A stretch of 64,000 nt of DNA from NCBI GenBank assembly GCA_951406725.2, contig OX597837.1, forward strand, positions 21,700,001-21,764,000, written 5' to 3'. The DNA is from Octopus vulgaris. Lineage: Eukaryota. This document shows positions 37,933-51,079 of the stretch, piece after piece; position 1 is the stretch's first letter; every line of letters begins with the position of its first letter. The notes under the pieces were generated by a model. That model did no database searches, was not told the origin of the DNA, and worked only from the letters and a program-made list of their open reading frames with translations. The position numbers and the translations under genes were made by a program.

Positions 37933-39375
37933 CGTGTTTTACCTTAACTTCCTGCAACAGCTGTTCTCACCCTTGTCCTGAAACTCAACATTGAGGAAGT
38001 TTAAATGTTTTTTGTTTCAAATAATGATGTTATTTTCGTTACAGACAGTCAACGAAATTCATGTTCACAGTTCAGCTGAGTGCAACATTAAAAATTTTTT
38101 TTTTTTTCGGTTACATTTTGAAATTCAAATCTTACCGAAATCAATTTTGTTTTTCATCCACCCCACAGGGGATTGATGACATCAAAGTAACAGTCAAGTA
38201 CTGGGATTAATGCTGTGCTTTTGAAGAGCTAAAATACATCCTTGTTATCTTTTGAAGATTAGGCTCACCAAAACTTTTTAATTACAAGGTATCTTTAAAT
38301 GAAATATGTAGGCGAGTTCCTCATCTTTTCAGGATTGGTAAACTACAACTCAAGCAAGTAAAATCCTAGCTGGCGATTGGAGAGGGAGGCTGTCCTCTCA
38401 ACCAATATGCTGCTGGATGACAGACTCTGGGGATGATGTTATTCCACCATTCCAATCCATGGTGCTGACCTTAGCATCCATGAGGTCAAAGCTTCAGGTC
38501 TTCCTAAATTTATTTTGCCCATGTCTTCTTCAGTGCATTGTGTTGGATTCTCCAGTGCAGATTTTTGTTGTTGTTGTTAAACAACAAAACGGGTAAAGGT
38601 GTCCCCAGACCTTGGAAAAAACAAAAACTTTGGTCGTCTTGTTGTAGTTGAGGGCTCTTCATTGACACCCGACACCACTGGGAGGTGGCCCTCAAAGTTG
38701 CTGGAAATGGAGATCTCCAGGCTTTACTTGTTTCAGTCATTTGACTACGGCCATGCCGGAGCACCACCTTTAGTCGAGCAAATTGACCCCAGGACTTATT
38801 CTTTGTAAGCCTAGTACTTATTCTATTGGTCTCTTTTGCCGAACCGCTAAGCTATGGAGATGTAAAAATATTTATATTTGTGTCTACGTCCCATCACCAT
38901 TGCTTGAAACCAATGCTGGTGTTTATGTCCTAGTAATTTAACAGTTCAGCAAAAGAGACCGATAGAATAAGTCCTGCGGTCGATTTTGACAAAAAAATCC
39001 CTTTAAGGAGGTGCTCTAGCATGGCCACAGTCAAATGACTGAAACAAGTAAAAGAATTGTAAAGTGGCAATTGTAAAGAATTGTAAAGTGGAAGAATCAT
39101 TAACACGCTGGGCGAAATGTTTTGCAACATTACATCCGTTTTTATGTTCTGAGTTCAAATTCTGCCAAGGTCGACTTTGCCTTTCATCCTTTTGAGATCA
39201 ATGAAAAAATTTCCAATTGAACACTGGAGTCAATTTAACTGACTTAAACCCCACCCCAAAAATTGCTGGCTTTGTGCAAAAGTTTGAAACCAATATATTT
39301 TAACGTGGTAATTTTTACATCATATGTAAACAAATACAAGTTTGTTTTTTGAAGTGTTGAACAAGTAGAAAGACA

Positions 39376-39497
39376 TATTTTTCAATGTGTAAATACTGAT
39401 AGAACAGCATCTATAGGATAAAATCTTTTTAGAGCAGTAAAGTTTGTCGGTGCTACTGTTCTATCAGCATCTATGTGTTGAAAACTATATCCTTCTA
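39376..39497. repeat. Imperfect hairpin (small foldback remnant)
   Basis: TAGAAAGACATATTTTTCAA..CTGATAGAACAG versus CTGTTCTATCAG..TTGAAAACTATATCCTTCTA. Confidence 0.65.
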
Positions 39498-39641
39498 ATA
39501 GTAATTTTTAACTCTTCGTTACATATCAGTTAGCTCGGTGACTAGACATAATTTATTTCCAGCAGTGGACCTAAGAGCATGGGTATTCCAAACATAGTCT
39601 TGCATTTAAGTGTAAAAAGTGGGCAACATTTAGAACTTATA

Positions 39642-40086
39642 TACATTATTTACATTTGTCCTCATCTAGTTTGTTGTTAACACAATGTTTCAGCTGATAT
39701 ACCCTCTAGTCTTCTTCAGGTGTCTTGGAGAAATTTCAAACCTAGATTCTCATTCCTAAGGTATTTTTCGATATTATTATTATTATTATTGTTCAGGTCA
39801 CTGCTTGGAATGCCCACGGGCATATGGCATAGGGGTTAAGAGCACAGGCTACTAACCCAAAGATTCCGAGTTCAATTTCAAGCAGTGACCTGAACAATAA
39901 CAATAATAACAACATCGAAAAATACCTTAGGAATAAGAACCCAGGTTCAAAATTTCCCCAAGACACCTGAAAAAGGCTAGAGGGTATATCAGCCGAAACA
40001 TTGTGTCAACAACAAACAAGATGAGGACAAATATCTGTCGAATGTAAATAATGTACATAATTCCTCATCTCTTAAATATAGAACTG
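39642..40086 (+). mobile_element. tRNA-headed retroposon with a minimal hammerhead motif, preceded by an inverted partial copy
   Basis: tRNA-like head from 39818 (A box TGGCATAGGGG, B box GAGTTCAATTTC); 39642-39811 is the reverse complement of about 39875-40055; hammerhead-like core in both arms. Confidence 0.75.
39962..40007 (+). ncRNA. Minimal type I hammerhead ribozyme-like motif (degenerate)
   Basis: GACAC-CTGAAAA-A-GGCT..AGCC-GAAA-CA-TT-GTGTC. The inverted copy (39724-39679) has an intact CTGAAGA core. Confidence 0.65.
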
Positions 40087-43000
40087 TATTATATATTATA
40101 TGCACCAACTATTTAGTAAAAAGCACCCTTTGAATGTTGGGCCTCATGGAGGTAGTGACAAGTAACTGAGACCTTTGGCAATATGTCATGCTTCAGAGGG
40201 AAGACCCATCAAACCAAGTGAAATTGTAGTCGAGGCAGATATTGGTGTCATGCAACTGGGACATAAAAAGCATCTACTACACTCTCGGGGCAGTTGGCAT
40301 TAGGGAGGGCAAGCTGTAGAAACCATCTCAAATCAGATTGGAACCTGGTGCAGTTAGCCAGCTTTCAAACCATCCAATCCATTCCAGCATGGAAAATGTA
40401 CGTTACATGATGACGATGAATATTTAGGCTTAAAAAGCTAACATAAACTTAGGTAGATTCAATGTCTTGGAGCCACAAGCCATCTGATTTGTTTGCCTCA
40501 GTATTAACATAGATCTATACAAGCAAATATTGATAGATGCTGCTGATGACTGTTAGTAACAAGAAAGCTGGTACTTGACCTGCTAGAAATGGCAGCCAAA
40601 TTACATCTTGTCTCCAAAAAAAGACTGGACACATTAGATAATGTAGTTCTATATCATAAACTATGTGAAAGAAGCTGATTTCTGTCTGTCACAAGATATA
40701 TATGAAGGGAAAGAGAAATACAGTGAGATATAGAGTGTGTGAAAGTAAGGTAAATAGGTAGTGTTGTCACCATAGTAACTAACATTACTTTCACTATATA
40801 ACAGTCTATCAAAAGAAGGTAGAGATGCATGATTAACAAATATTTTTACCAGCAGCATAGTGCAAAGACCTAGTCTATACTAAAAGATATGATTGTCACT
40901 CTTGCACTAACATCTGCTCAACTTGGAGGGATCTGTGCTAAAATAAATAACAAGGGAGCCTCTAAATGGTTGCCAAACCTACTAGAAACAGCAGTTAAAT
41001 TACCCTCAAATCACATTTTACAATTTAAAAAAAAAATGGAAGGACATGTTAGATATCTCAGAAGGATAAAACAGCCACACAGAAATGTTTTTGATCATAG
41101 GCATTTCTGTTTGATCAAGTCTAACAATCACAACAACTAACTAACAACTGTCAGAAAACTTTTTTAAACAACTAATTTTACATCAATTATTTTCGTATTT
41201 GTATGGATGGGATGGTTTTCTGGAGTGCAAACTGCTTAGCGATGAAAATACGGCAAAATTTGGAATTCAAGGAAACTAACGAAGGTTTGCGTCAGCCACA
41301 TTTAATGAAAAAGAGAGTGTATGGAATATCAAATAAGTTTAACTCTTTAGCATTCAGATTATTCTGTCCAATGTAATGCTTATTTATTTCCATTGTTTTG
41401 AATTAATCACATATTATCTTGTAGCTTCAAAATTTCAATGAAGTGTTTGTCTATTTTTAGAATGACACTGTGAGAGATTGGATATGGCAGTTTGAATATA
41501 AAACAGGTAGATTTGGCCAGATTAAATGCTAAAGAATTAATAGCTGTGAGGAGTGAAAAGAGTCTTAACATTTTAGATACTGTCAGACAGGAAAACCACT
41601 CTTTTCCCTTTTTCTACTCCTAGTTGAAGGGCAAGAACCGGATATAGTAAACTTTCTATTCCTCACAAAACACATTAAAGATGTTACTTTTTTCAGTCAT
41701 TGGACTGTAGCCATGCTTGGACATGAAGGATTTAGTTTAGTGATTCCCAACCATTTTTTGTCAATGGACCCATTTGATTCCCAGTTTACATGGGTGGATA
41801 CCCATAGCCATTTGATGTTTAAAAGAAACTTTATTGTATATTAATAACTTAATATTATAAGGAATTGTATAAACAATATTGTTAAAATGTTTTGTGTATT
41901 GTAGAAATGTAACCAATTTGTCCCACATAAATTTTAAGAACAAAATGTCAAACGGACCCCAACTCAGAACCACTGATTTAGTTGAACAAATCAACTCAAA
42001 TACTTTTCTATCAGCCTCTTTAGTCAAACTGCTAAGCTATAGGCTCACAGACAAACCAACACCAGTTGTCAAATGGGTGGTGAGGAACAAACATAATGTA
42101 GACACACACACACACACAGGTATATACATACACACAAAAAAAAAAAATGAGATGACAGGAACAAACAATTATCTTATTAACTTCATTAGCTTACAGCTGT
42201 TTCCATTATAAAATGTGGATTCATAGTTGAGTCCATGGAGTGGTTGGCATTAGGAAGGGCATCCAGCTGTAGAAACACTGCCAGATCAGACTGGGTCTGC
42301 TGCAGCCTCCTGGCTTCCCAAACCCAAGCTGAACCGTCCAACCCATGCTAGCATGGAAAACGGACGTTAAACGATGATGATGAGTGGAGTATCAGTAACA
42401 CCTTACAGTTTCATTGGGATCTCAAACAAGAGCAATTTATTTGGGAAAACAAATACATTTAAGCATATATATACAGGAAAATATTACCAGTATAGTGGAA
42501 ACAGTTGTAAGCTAATGAAGCTCATAAGACAAATTGTGTATTGCTTTGTCAGTTCATTTCTTATGACTACACAAGTACTCAACTGATGCTTCACTCTGAA
42601 GCATATGTATACCGAGTCCTACACCAGGTTATTAGTCTTGCAATGCCTGAGCAAAATTGGCTCTTGTGCAGGTGGCACGTAAAAAGTACCATTTGAGTGT
42701 GGTCACTGCCAGTACCGTTTGACAGGCCCTCGTGCTGGTGGCATGTAAAAGCACCCACTACACTCTTGGAGTGGTTGGCGTTAGGAAAGGCATCCAGCTG
42801 TAGAAACTCTGCCAGATCACATTGGAGCCTGGTGCAGCCATCTGGTTTGCCAGACCTCAGTCAAATCGTCCAACCCATGCCAGCATGGAAAGCAGACGTT
42901 AAACAACGATGATGATGATGAGGAGGAAGAGGACAGGTTTCACTCAAACTTATTCAACATTCCAGAAACTTCCCCCCTCTTAAATGGAACCAGTTTCAGA

Positions 43001-45460
43001 TTTAACATCATATTAATGTCCATTCTCTCCATGTCAGCATGAGTTGGACAGAGTTCATTAAGGCAGATTTTCTGCTACCAATCCAAACCCATTTCCAAGT
43101 AAAACAATATTTCCTCATGGCCAGACACATTTTCAGGCAAGACTGGAAGTGAAGGACATCACTTGTATAACAGCAAAGTGCATTCTACAATTATTGCACA
43201 ATGTCAAGATATGGAAAGACAAACATACATATACATTGGATGAGCTTCTTTCAGTTTCCATCTACCAAATCCACTCACAAGGCTTTAAGTTTGAGGCTAT
43301 AGTAGAAGACACTTATTCCAGATGTCACAGTGGAACTGAACACAACACCATGTGGTCAGGAAGCAAACATCTTAATAACATGGCCATGTCTGTACCAAAA
43401 AAGTTAAAACTAGAGCAAGCAATGAGTAAAATGCAAAATCTGATGGTTTACTTCAACAAAAAATAAGTCTATGGATTTTGATAAATATAATTACAACATA
43501 GAGAGGATATTTCATTTATGTTCATTGTTTTGATGTCCATTTTCCCTGTTGGCATGGATTAAATAAATATAATACTGAAGCATTGTCTTATAGTCAAGTG
43601 CTCTTCCTGTCACTAACCTTAAGCTGATCTCCAAGTTAGGGATTTTCAAAGGCACAAATCCAATGGAAGATTTGTTGGCAAGGGAAATACGGGACCCCCT
43701 TCGGTCACGACACTGACCATGGGATTGCACCTAGAAAGTTACCCTCCTAGTCACAAGTCTGGGCAAGCTGGTTTATGGAAGACCAACAGTCACCCATGCC
43801 ACCAGTGTTATCCAAGGGAAAGGCAAAGGGCCGATACAGCTTGGCACCCGTTACGCTGCAACTCATTTCTACAGCTAAGTTAACTGGAGCAACGTGAAAT
43901 AAAGTGTCTTGCTCAAGAACACAACACGCAGCCCAGTCCAGGATTCAAGCTCACAACCTCACGATCGTAAGCTCGATGCTCTAACCACTGAGCCATGCGC
44001 CTTCAAGGGAAATGACCACAACATTACTGTGTTCAGTGAATTACCTAACATCCTTACCATTCTTTGAGGATGAAGAAAAGAAATAGTGTTGTCGCTTTAG
44101 TTTGTCTGCGAATCTATAGAATTCTATACATCCAATTACTGTGAGTAGGAAAAGCGAGAGAGATGATATTGTTTTGGCTATTATCATTTTGTCAGCAACC
44201 CAAGTTACAACATTTCACTTCTTAACATCTTTTTCTAACTTTCATACAAAGGGTAAGTGCTTTAGACGTTAGTTTCTTTCCTCATCAAAACAATTCCACT
44301 TACCTTGGCCCCTTCAACTTCTGGTGAACTAGTAAAGGTACCGTTATGATCATAGTATCACTTAAACATTTTAACCTTTTAGCATTCAGATCACACTGTC
44401 AAATGTAGAGCTTATTTATTCCCATTGTTTTGAATTAACCATGCATGATATCATAGCTGCAACAATTTTGATTGTGTTAACAGTTAACACTCATTTTCCA
44501 TGCTGGCATGAGTTGAATGGCTTGATAGGAACTGGACAAGGCCAGGGGCTTCACCAAGTTGCATAGTCTGTTTTGGCTTAGTTTCTAAAACTGGATGTCC
44601 TTCCTAACACCAACCACTTCACAGAGTGTACTGGGTGCATTTTACATGGAACCAGCACTAACACCAATGCTTTTTATGTGGTACATTGATTTTAGGATCT
44701 TAATTCTGTCAGGATAGGTGGGTCTTCATAACGCTCAGTGTTTTGAGATTGGCCTTCAATACTTTGTCCCATGTCTTCTAGGGATTTCTTCTTCCATAAC
44801 TTTCCTCCACTTTAAATGATGAGAATCCAGATCTGGCTGGCTGATCATAAAACAGGTAGGATATTCAGGCTGATTGAAATGTTAAAGGGTGGCAGAGCCC
44901 ATTCCTCTCCACAACTGATTTCTACCTGGAGAAAAAGAATTGGCCCTGATATTTATCAACCCTAAAGAGACGAAAGGTAAAACTGACCTTGGCAGGATTT
45001 GAATGCAGAGTGATAAGAACTGGAATGAATACTGCAAAGCATTGTAGGCAAAGGAATGGATGTGTGGTAAGAAAATTGTTTCCCAACTATATCATTTTGG
45101 GTTCAGTCCCACTGCATGGTACCTAAGGCAAGTGTCTTCTACTAAAGCACCCAGGCCAAATGAAGTCTTGCAGGTGGATTTTCTCATCATAATATTACAT
45201 TTAAATTCATTTTAAAGTTAATGTTCAAATGGAAGACAAAAATTATACAGGTGCAGTCGCCCTGCTCCCAACACCTGTCACTCCTTTGTCCCCAGTAATC
45301 ATGTAAAATTTTTGCAGTGCTCCCCGGAAGGCAGTTAGTACTCACTTTCAGAAGTACGATTTTAAAGAAACAATTAAAACAAATGATCTAACAATCTGAA
45401 ATGGATTAAATACAAATGTAGAAAAATAAATGTTTAACGAAGTAGAAAAAAAGAAAATCA

Positions 45461-45466
45461 TTTAAT
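45461..45466 (-). promoter_or_regulatory. Candidate TDP2 polyadenylation signal (ATTAAA)
   Basis: ATTAAA on the minus strand about 355 nt after the stop, followed by a U-rich tract. Position inferred only. Confidence 0.35.
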
Positions 45467-45821
45467 GAAGATAATGTAAAAGAAATTATTTCAAGTGTGG
45501 TCTTTCATTCCAACACAATATGAACCCCACTCCCTTTCCCATCTAGTTCTGATGCAGCACCATCACCTCAGTTCCCTCACACCACTCTCCATCACTACAG
45601 AATACTCACCCCAGCTTCCACTCATCACAGCTCTTACTCACTACCACCACTCATCTCTACTATCCTGACCCTTCAACTCAAGAACAATCATCTAAGTTTC
45701 CACTCACCACTACTCCACATCATAGTTCTCACTCAGCACCCATTCACTTACTATTCAAGGCCACTTATCTTTACTCACATTTACCACCACCCCACCTACC
45801 CCTCACTCGGTGCCGCTGCAT

Positions 45822-46109
45822 TCAGGCCTCAATGTTTATATGCACCAACAATCCCCAATGATCACTGGCAAACCGATGACATTTTGGAATGCGTTCAAGA
45901 CCAACAAGTTCAAAGTATACAGGCTTCAAGGCCTTTGGCTGAGCATTACGCAGATAGATGCGATCAAACCGGCACCTTGGCTTAAATTTGCCCTCAAAGC
46001 CTTTGTTATCATTCCGCTGAGTATCCCATGTGAACTTTGCCTCTGGACGTTTCCCTGTTGCCTCCCAAACATCAATCACTTGGTTTGGAATTCCTCCAAC
46101 ATTCACCAA
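45822..46109 (-). CDS. TDP2: TDP2 last coding exon (FTWD, RFDR, SDHWG motifs; TGA stop)
   Basis: ttctatgcAG acceptor, phase 0. LVNVGGIPNQVIDVWEATG...FTWDTQRNDN...RCRFDRIYLR...VGLERIPKCHRFASDHWGLLVHINIEA*. Confidence 0.95.
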   Translation of the reverse strand: MVNVGGIPNQVIDVWEATGKRPEAKFTWDTQRNDNKGFEGKFKPRCRFDRIYLRNAQPKALKPVYFELVGLERIPKCHRFASDHWGLLVHINIEA

Positions 46110-46716
46110 CTGCATAGAAAGAAAAGTAAATTAAATAAATTTAGAGAAGAATAATATATAAAATAGAATAAGCAGAACAAGAGAAGACACGTGGGATAAA
46201 GAGTTGAAGAGATCACTGAATGTACAATGAAAGAACTTTGACAAAGCAACTGAAATAATAATAATCTTTTCTACAATAGGCACAAGGCCTGAAATTTGGT
46301 GGGGAGGAGATAAGTATTCAACCCCAGTGTTTTACTGGTACTTAATTTATCAACCCCGAAAGGATGAAAGGTAAAGTCGACCTCAGAATGTAAAGATAGA
46401 TGAAATACTGCTAAATATTTCACCCAGAGTGCTTACGATTCTGTCAGCTTAGTGCCTTAATAATAATGATAATAAAGCTGAAGTGAAGGCCAACTATATA
46501 GTGTGTGTGTGTGTTTAATTGGCAAATTAGACCACCCACAAGCATAACAATATTTATTTCAACACACGACTTCACATCAAGAATCTTGCAAAACAAATAC
46601 ATAAAGGTGTGTATGTTTATATATATAGGAGAGTTTACTAAAAAAACAAAAGATGAAGACAGGTGGTGTACAAAACAAACAGATGTATTAGTATAACGCT
46701 CAGGAATAGAAAGAGT

Positions 46717-46752
46717 CTTTCACGTTTCGAGCCTACACCCTTCTACAGAAAG
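46717..46752 (-). ncRNA. Minimal hammerhead-like motif in a Penelope-pLTR-like short element (about 46625-46807)
   Basis: CTTT-CTGTAGA-A-GGGT GTAG GCTC-GAAA-CG-TG-AAAG. Variant core; G at the cleavage position. Confidence 0.5.
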
Positions 46753-46802
46753 GGACACAGAAAACAAGGAGAGAAAAAAATGTGTGTAGTGGCTAACGAT
46801 CT

Positions 46803-46838
<36 letters not shown>

Positions 46839-46839
46839 C

Positions 46840-47255
46840 ACACAAGCAAAACACCCCTCATCCAATAGACAGTGCTGAGTTGTCAAACATTTAAACCAAA
46901 TTTTCTCAAAATAACTTGTCTGACCATCCCATAGACCTCCCCCTTGAGAAACACTGATTTAACCTAAATTTGAGACACCAAACAGGCCAGCTTTTTTTGC
47001 GCAAACTGCACGTGCATTTTTCTCGCATACGCGTAGTATCGATCGCAACAGCTGATGTACTTGCGTGTACAAATGCACGTCCCACAGCTTTAGCGATCTC
47101 ATTCTCACCTGGAATCGATTTTTGTAATTTTTTCAAGACTTATACACGCCCTGATATCGTTGGTATCTACATATTAAATTTGAGCGCAATCAATGGAGGA
47201 TGCCCAAGATCCTAGAAGACACACAGACAGACAACGGATTTTATATAATATATAA
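46840..47255 (+). mobile_element. Helitron/DINE-like short element
   Basis: Ends ACACAGACAGACAACGGATTTTATATAATATA, typical of DINE/Lep1-like elements. A similar class of 5' end (TACTAGCAGTATCGCCCGGCGTTGC) starts at about 63768. Confidence 0.5.
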
Positions 47256-47266
47256 ATATACATACA

Positions 47267-48521
47267 TAGGGGTTGGACAAAATAATGTAAACACCTTAAA
47301 ATTTCAAACAAATTAATTTTAATATGGGGTAGGACTGCCTTTGGCAGTAATTACAGCTTAAATTCTATGAGGATGAACTCATACAAAGTTTGAATTGTTT
47401 CCAAAGGAATTTTTGTCCATTCTTCAACTAAAACAGTCTCCAATTCTTGTAGTGATGATGGTGGAGGATATCGACTCCTTACTTATTTTTCTAAAATGCA
47501 CCATAAATGTTCAATAATATTGAGATCTGGGGGTCTATGGTGGCCAGATAAGATGTCCAACTTCACTAGAATGTTCCTCGTACCATTTAGAAACAACTTT
47601 AGCTGTGTGAATTGGTGCATTATCATCCTGAAAGATTGCATTTCCCTTCGGAAACAGTCCCACAACCACAGTAAATTTGATCAGTTAAAATACTTAAATA
47701 GACTTGACTATTAATTCTGCCATGAAGGGAAAACATTGGGCTGGTGGATTTCCAAGATATAGTCTCCTAGATCATCACAGATCCTCCTCCATGTTTAACA
47801 GTTGGAAGAAGGCAGTCTGGGTCAAATGCTTCTTTTGACTGTCTCCACACATATGCGCGGCTGGTAGTCCGAAATAGAGTAAAGGATGACTTGTTTGAGA
47901 AAATAACATTCTTCCACTGCTCTAGGGACCAATTCTGTAGGTTTTTACCCCGCTCAAAAATGCTTTGCAATGTTTATTTTTGAAAGTAGTAGTCTTCTGA
48001 TTGCAGTCCTCCCATGGAATCTGGCTTTGTGCAGCTCCCAATAAATAGTTTTTGTGCAAACTGGATTCTCGAGGTGGTCATTAAGCTCTGCAGTAATTTT
48101 GGGAGCAGTACTTTTGTGATCCATTCTAACAATTCGCATAAGAGTCCGACGGTCCCTATCTGAAAGTTTTGGTTTTCTTCCAGAGTTTTCCCTCTTTCTC
48201 AAAGGCTGTCATTACTTTTGAGACAGTACTTCTTGATACACCAAACATTTCAGCTGCTTTCATTATGCTAGCACCTGCCATACGAGCACCAACAATCTGA
48301 TCTCTTTGAAAGTCCGATAGATTTGTCATTTTAATGAATTTTAATTACCTTTTTTCTGATGATATCTGAAAAGAAACAGCGATTTTAGCAAAACATATTT
48401 AGCAACACTAATAATAAATCAAAAAACATAAAAATATACAAGCTTTTGACGGTTTTATAGATATTTTATAGATATTCAAAATTATGATGCTAGGTGTTTC
48501 CATTATTTTGTCCAACCCCTG
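47267..48521 (-). mobile_element. Tc1 transposon, decayed, in the last TDP2 intron
   Basis: TIRs (C/T)AGGGGTTGGACAAAATAATG.AAACACCT at both ends. Transposase fragments MTNLSDFQRDQIVGAR..., SGRKPKLSDRDRR, WKNVIFSNKSSF..PTVKHGGGSVMI, PDLNIIEHLW. Confidence 0.9.
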
Positions 48522-48616
48522 TTTATACATATATATATATTTTTCAATTTGTGACTGTGTGTGTATCATTGGAGATTTTCTCCATTTTCCCTTTCTTGGA
48601 CCTTTCATTTTTCTCT

Positions 48617-48651
48617 GTTTCTGACGAAGAGCTCCACTCGAAATGTTAAAT
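48617..48651 (+). ncRNA. Minimal hammerhead-like motif in a Penelope-pLTR-like short element (about 48540-48750)
   Basis: GTTT-CTGACGA-A-GAGC TCC ACTC-GAAA-TG-TT-AAAT; the stem II and stem III deviations are CpG-type transitions. Confidence 0.6.
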
Positions 48652-48749
48652 CCCCCTTCTTTCTTTCCTTTCCAAAACATCCAATAAAACTATACTTGTT
48701 CCACGTCCTAGCGCATTGTTGTGTTTTCTCTTTGTTCATGTTTGGATTA

Positions 48750-49335
<586 letters not shown>

Positions 49336-49386
49336 TATAATATTTTATTGATGAAAGTAAAATAGAATTAAAAAGCAAACAAATAC

Positions 49387-49557
49387 CTCTTTCTCTCGTA
49401 GGTTCAGATCCCCGCCAAATATCACTGTCCTTTTCTTTTCAGTTTCCAGGACTTTCTTGAAACCAATGTTTAGCTGACGTTGTCTCTCGGTGGCATGGCC
49501 AGCCATACTCTCCAGGTGAGTGTTGATTAACAAGACAGGAACATCTTTAATTACACA
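49387..49557 (-). CDS. TDP2: TDP2 coding exon (THLES and GDLN motifs)
   Basis: tttgttcAG acceptor, GTATTT donor; 171 nt, phase 0-0. CVIKDVPVLLINTHLESMAGHATERQRQL...VIFGGDLNLREKE. Confidence 0.95.
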
Positions 49558-50868
49558 CTGAACAAAGATACCGGATAACAGAGAAGTCTGTGAGAATACA
49601 ATTTGCTAAAGTGGGACAATATTTTGACTGCTACATTTAAATTTCAAACTCCACAATGAGGATGCTATTTAGAGTGGAAGGAAAAAAAGAAAAGGAGCAA
49701 TGATCAGTGTGCGGTAAGAAGCTTGTTTCCCAACCAAATGGCTCCGGGTTCAGTCTCACTACATGGCACCTTGGTCAAGTGTCTGCTACAGTAGCCTTGG
49801 ACTGATCAAAGCCTTATAAGTGGATTTGGTAGATGGAAACTGAAAGAAGCCCATCATGTGTGTGTGTGTGTGAGTGTGTTTGTTCTCCACCACCACTTGA
49901 CAGACAATTGGTGTGTTTATGTCTCCATAACTTAGCAGTTTGGCAAAAGAGACCAATAGAAGTGCCAGGCTAAAAAAAGAAAAAAGAAGTCCTGGGGTTG
50001 ATTCATTTGACTAAAAATTCAAGGTGGTGCCCCAGTATGGCCACAGTCAAATGACTCAAGCAAGTGAAAGGTAAAAGAAAAATTAAGGAAACTGAAATAA
50101 CGACCCACTCTTCATTCCCTGTTCATCTAAAAGACATTCATTTCCTCTTTTTGACTTCTTTCAGTCTTTGAACTGTGTTGATGCTGGTGTACCACCTTGA
50201 AGGATTTAGTTGAACAAATTGGTCCAGTTTTTGTCTTTTCTTTTTAAAGTTGGGCGCTTATTGCTTATTTTATCAGTCTCTTTTGTTGAACTGTTAAGTT
50301 ATGAGGATGTACACAAACCAACACCTGTTCACATATAAATCTCATGCAAACTGTTACTTGCTACAAATACAACCCTTCTCTCATACCCATACAAAAGCTT
50401 GACCTCACATATACCTGTATGTCTTGCACACTCAAACATTATTGCCCTCTGTTAATGCGCACATTAACCTGTTAAAACAGATGTACAGTATGTATGTGTG
50501 GGGCTGTGTGGTAAGTAGCTTGCCGCCCAACCACATGGTTCCAGGTTCAATCTTATTGCTTGGTACCTTGGACAAATGTCTTCTACTATAAAACCAGGCC
50601 AACCAAAGCCTTGTGATTGGATTGGATAGATGGAAACTGAAAGAAGCCTTTCATATATATGTGTGTGTTCCACCACCATTTGACAACTGGTGTTGGTGTG
50701 TTTATGTCCCTGTAACTTAGTGATTTGGCAAAAGGGACCAATAAAATAAGTACCAGACTTCAGAAAAAAGAATACTGGGGTCAATTTGTTCAACTAAAGA
50801 TTCTTCAAGGCATGGCCACAGTCTGATGACAGAAACAAGTAAAAGATAGAAGATACTAATTAGCTTAC

Positions 50869-51079
50869 CTCTGTCAATAATAGACATCGACTCATGACAC
50901 TGGAGAAGAATGGGAAGACTTCTTCAGTTTCGGTTCTTACTTCAGAATCCTTCAATAACGTGACAGTGAAATAGCCAACATCATTGGAAACAGAAACTCG
51001 GTAATCAGGACAATATTTCTTCAAAACTATGAGAGATTCTGGCACAACTTCTTGTAGGAAGATGACATGTGGGTTCTCA
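50869..51079 (-). CDS. TDP2: TDP2 coding exon (LQEV motif)
   Basis: tttttcAG acceptor, GTAAGC donor; 211 nt, phase 2-0. ENPHVIFLQEVVPESL...YFTVTLLK...FPFFSSVMSRCLLLTE. Confidence 0.93.

Noticed and set aside
40537-40580. CTGATGA...GAAA possible hammerhead
   Set aside because: No stem I partner or UH site in register.
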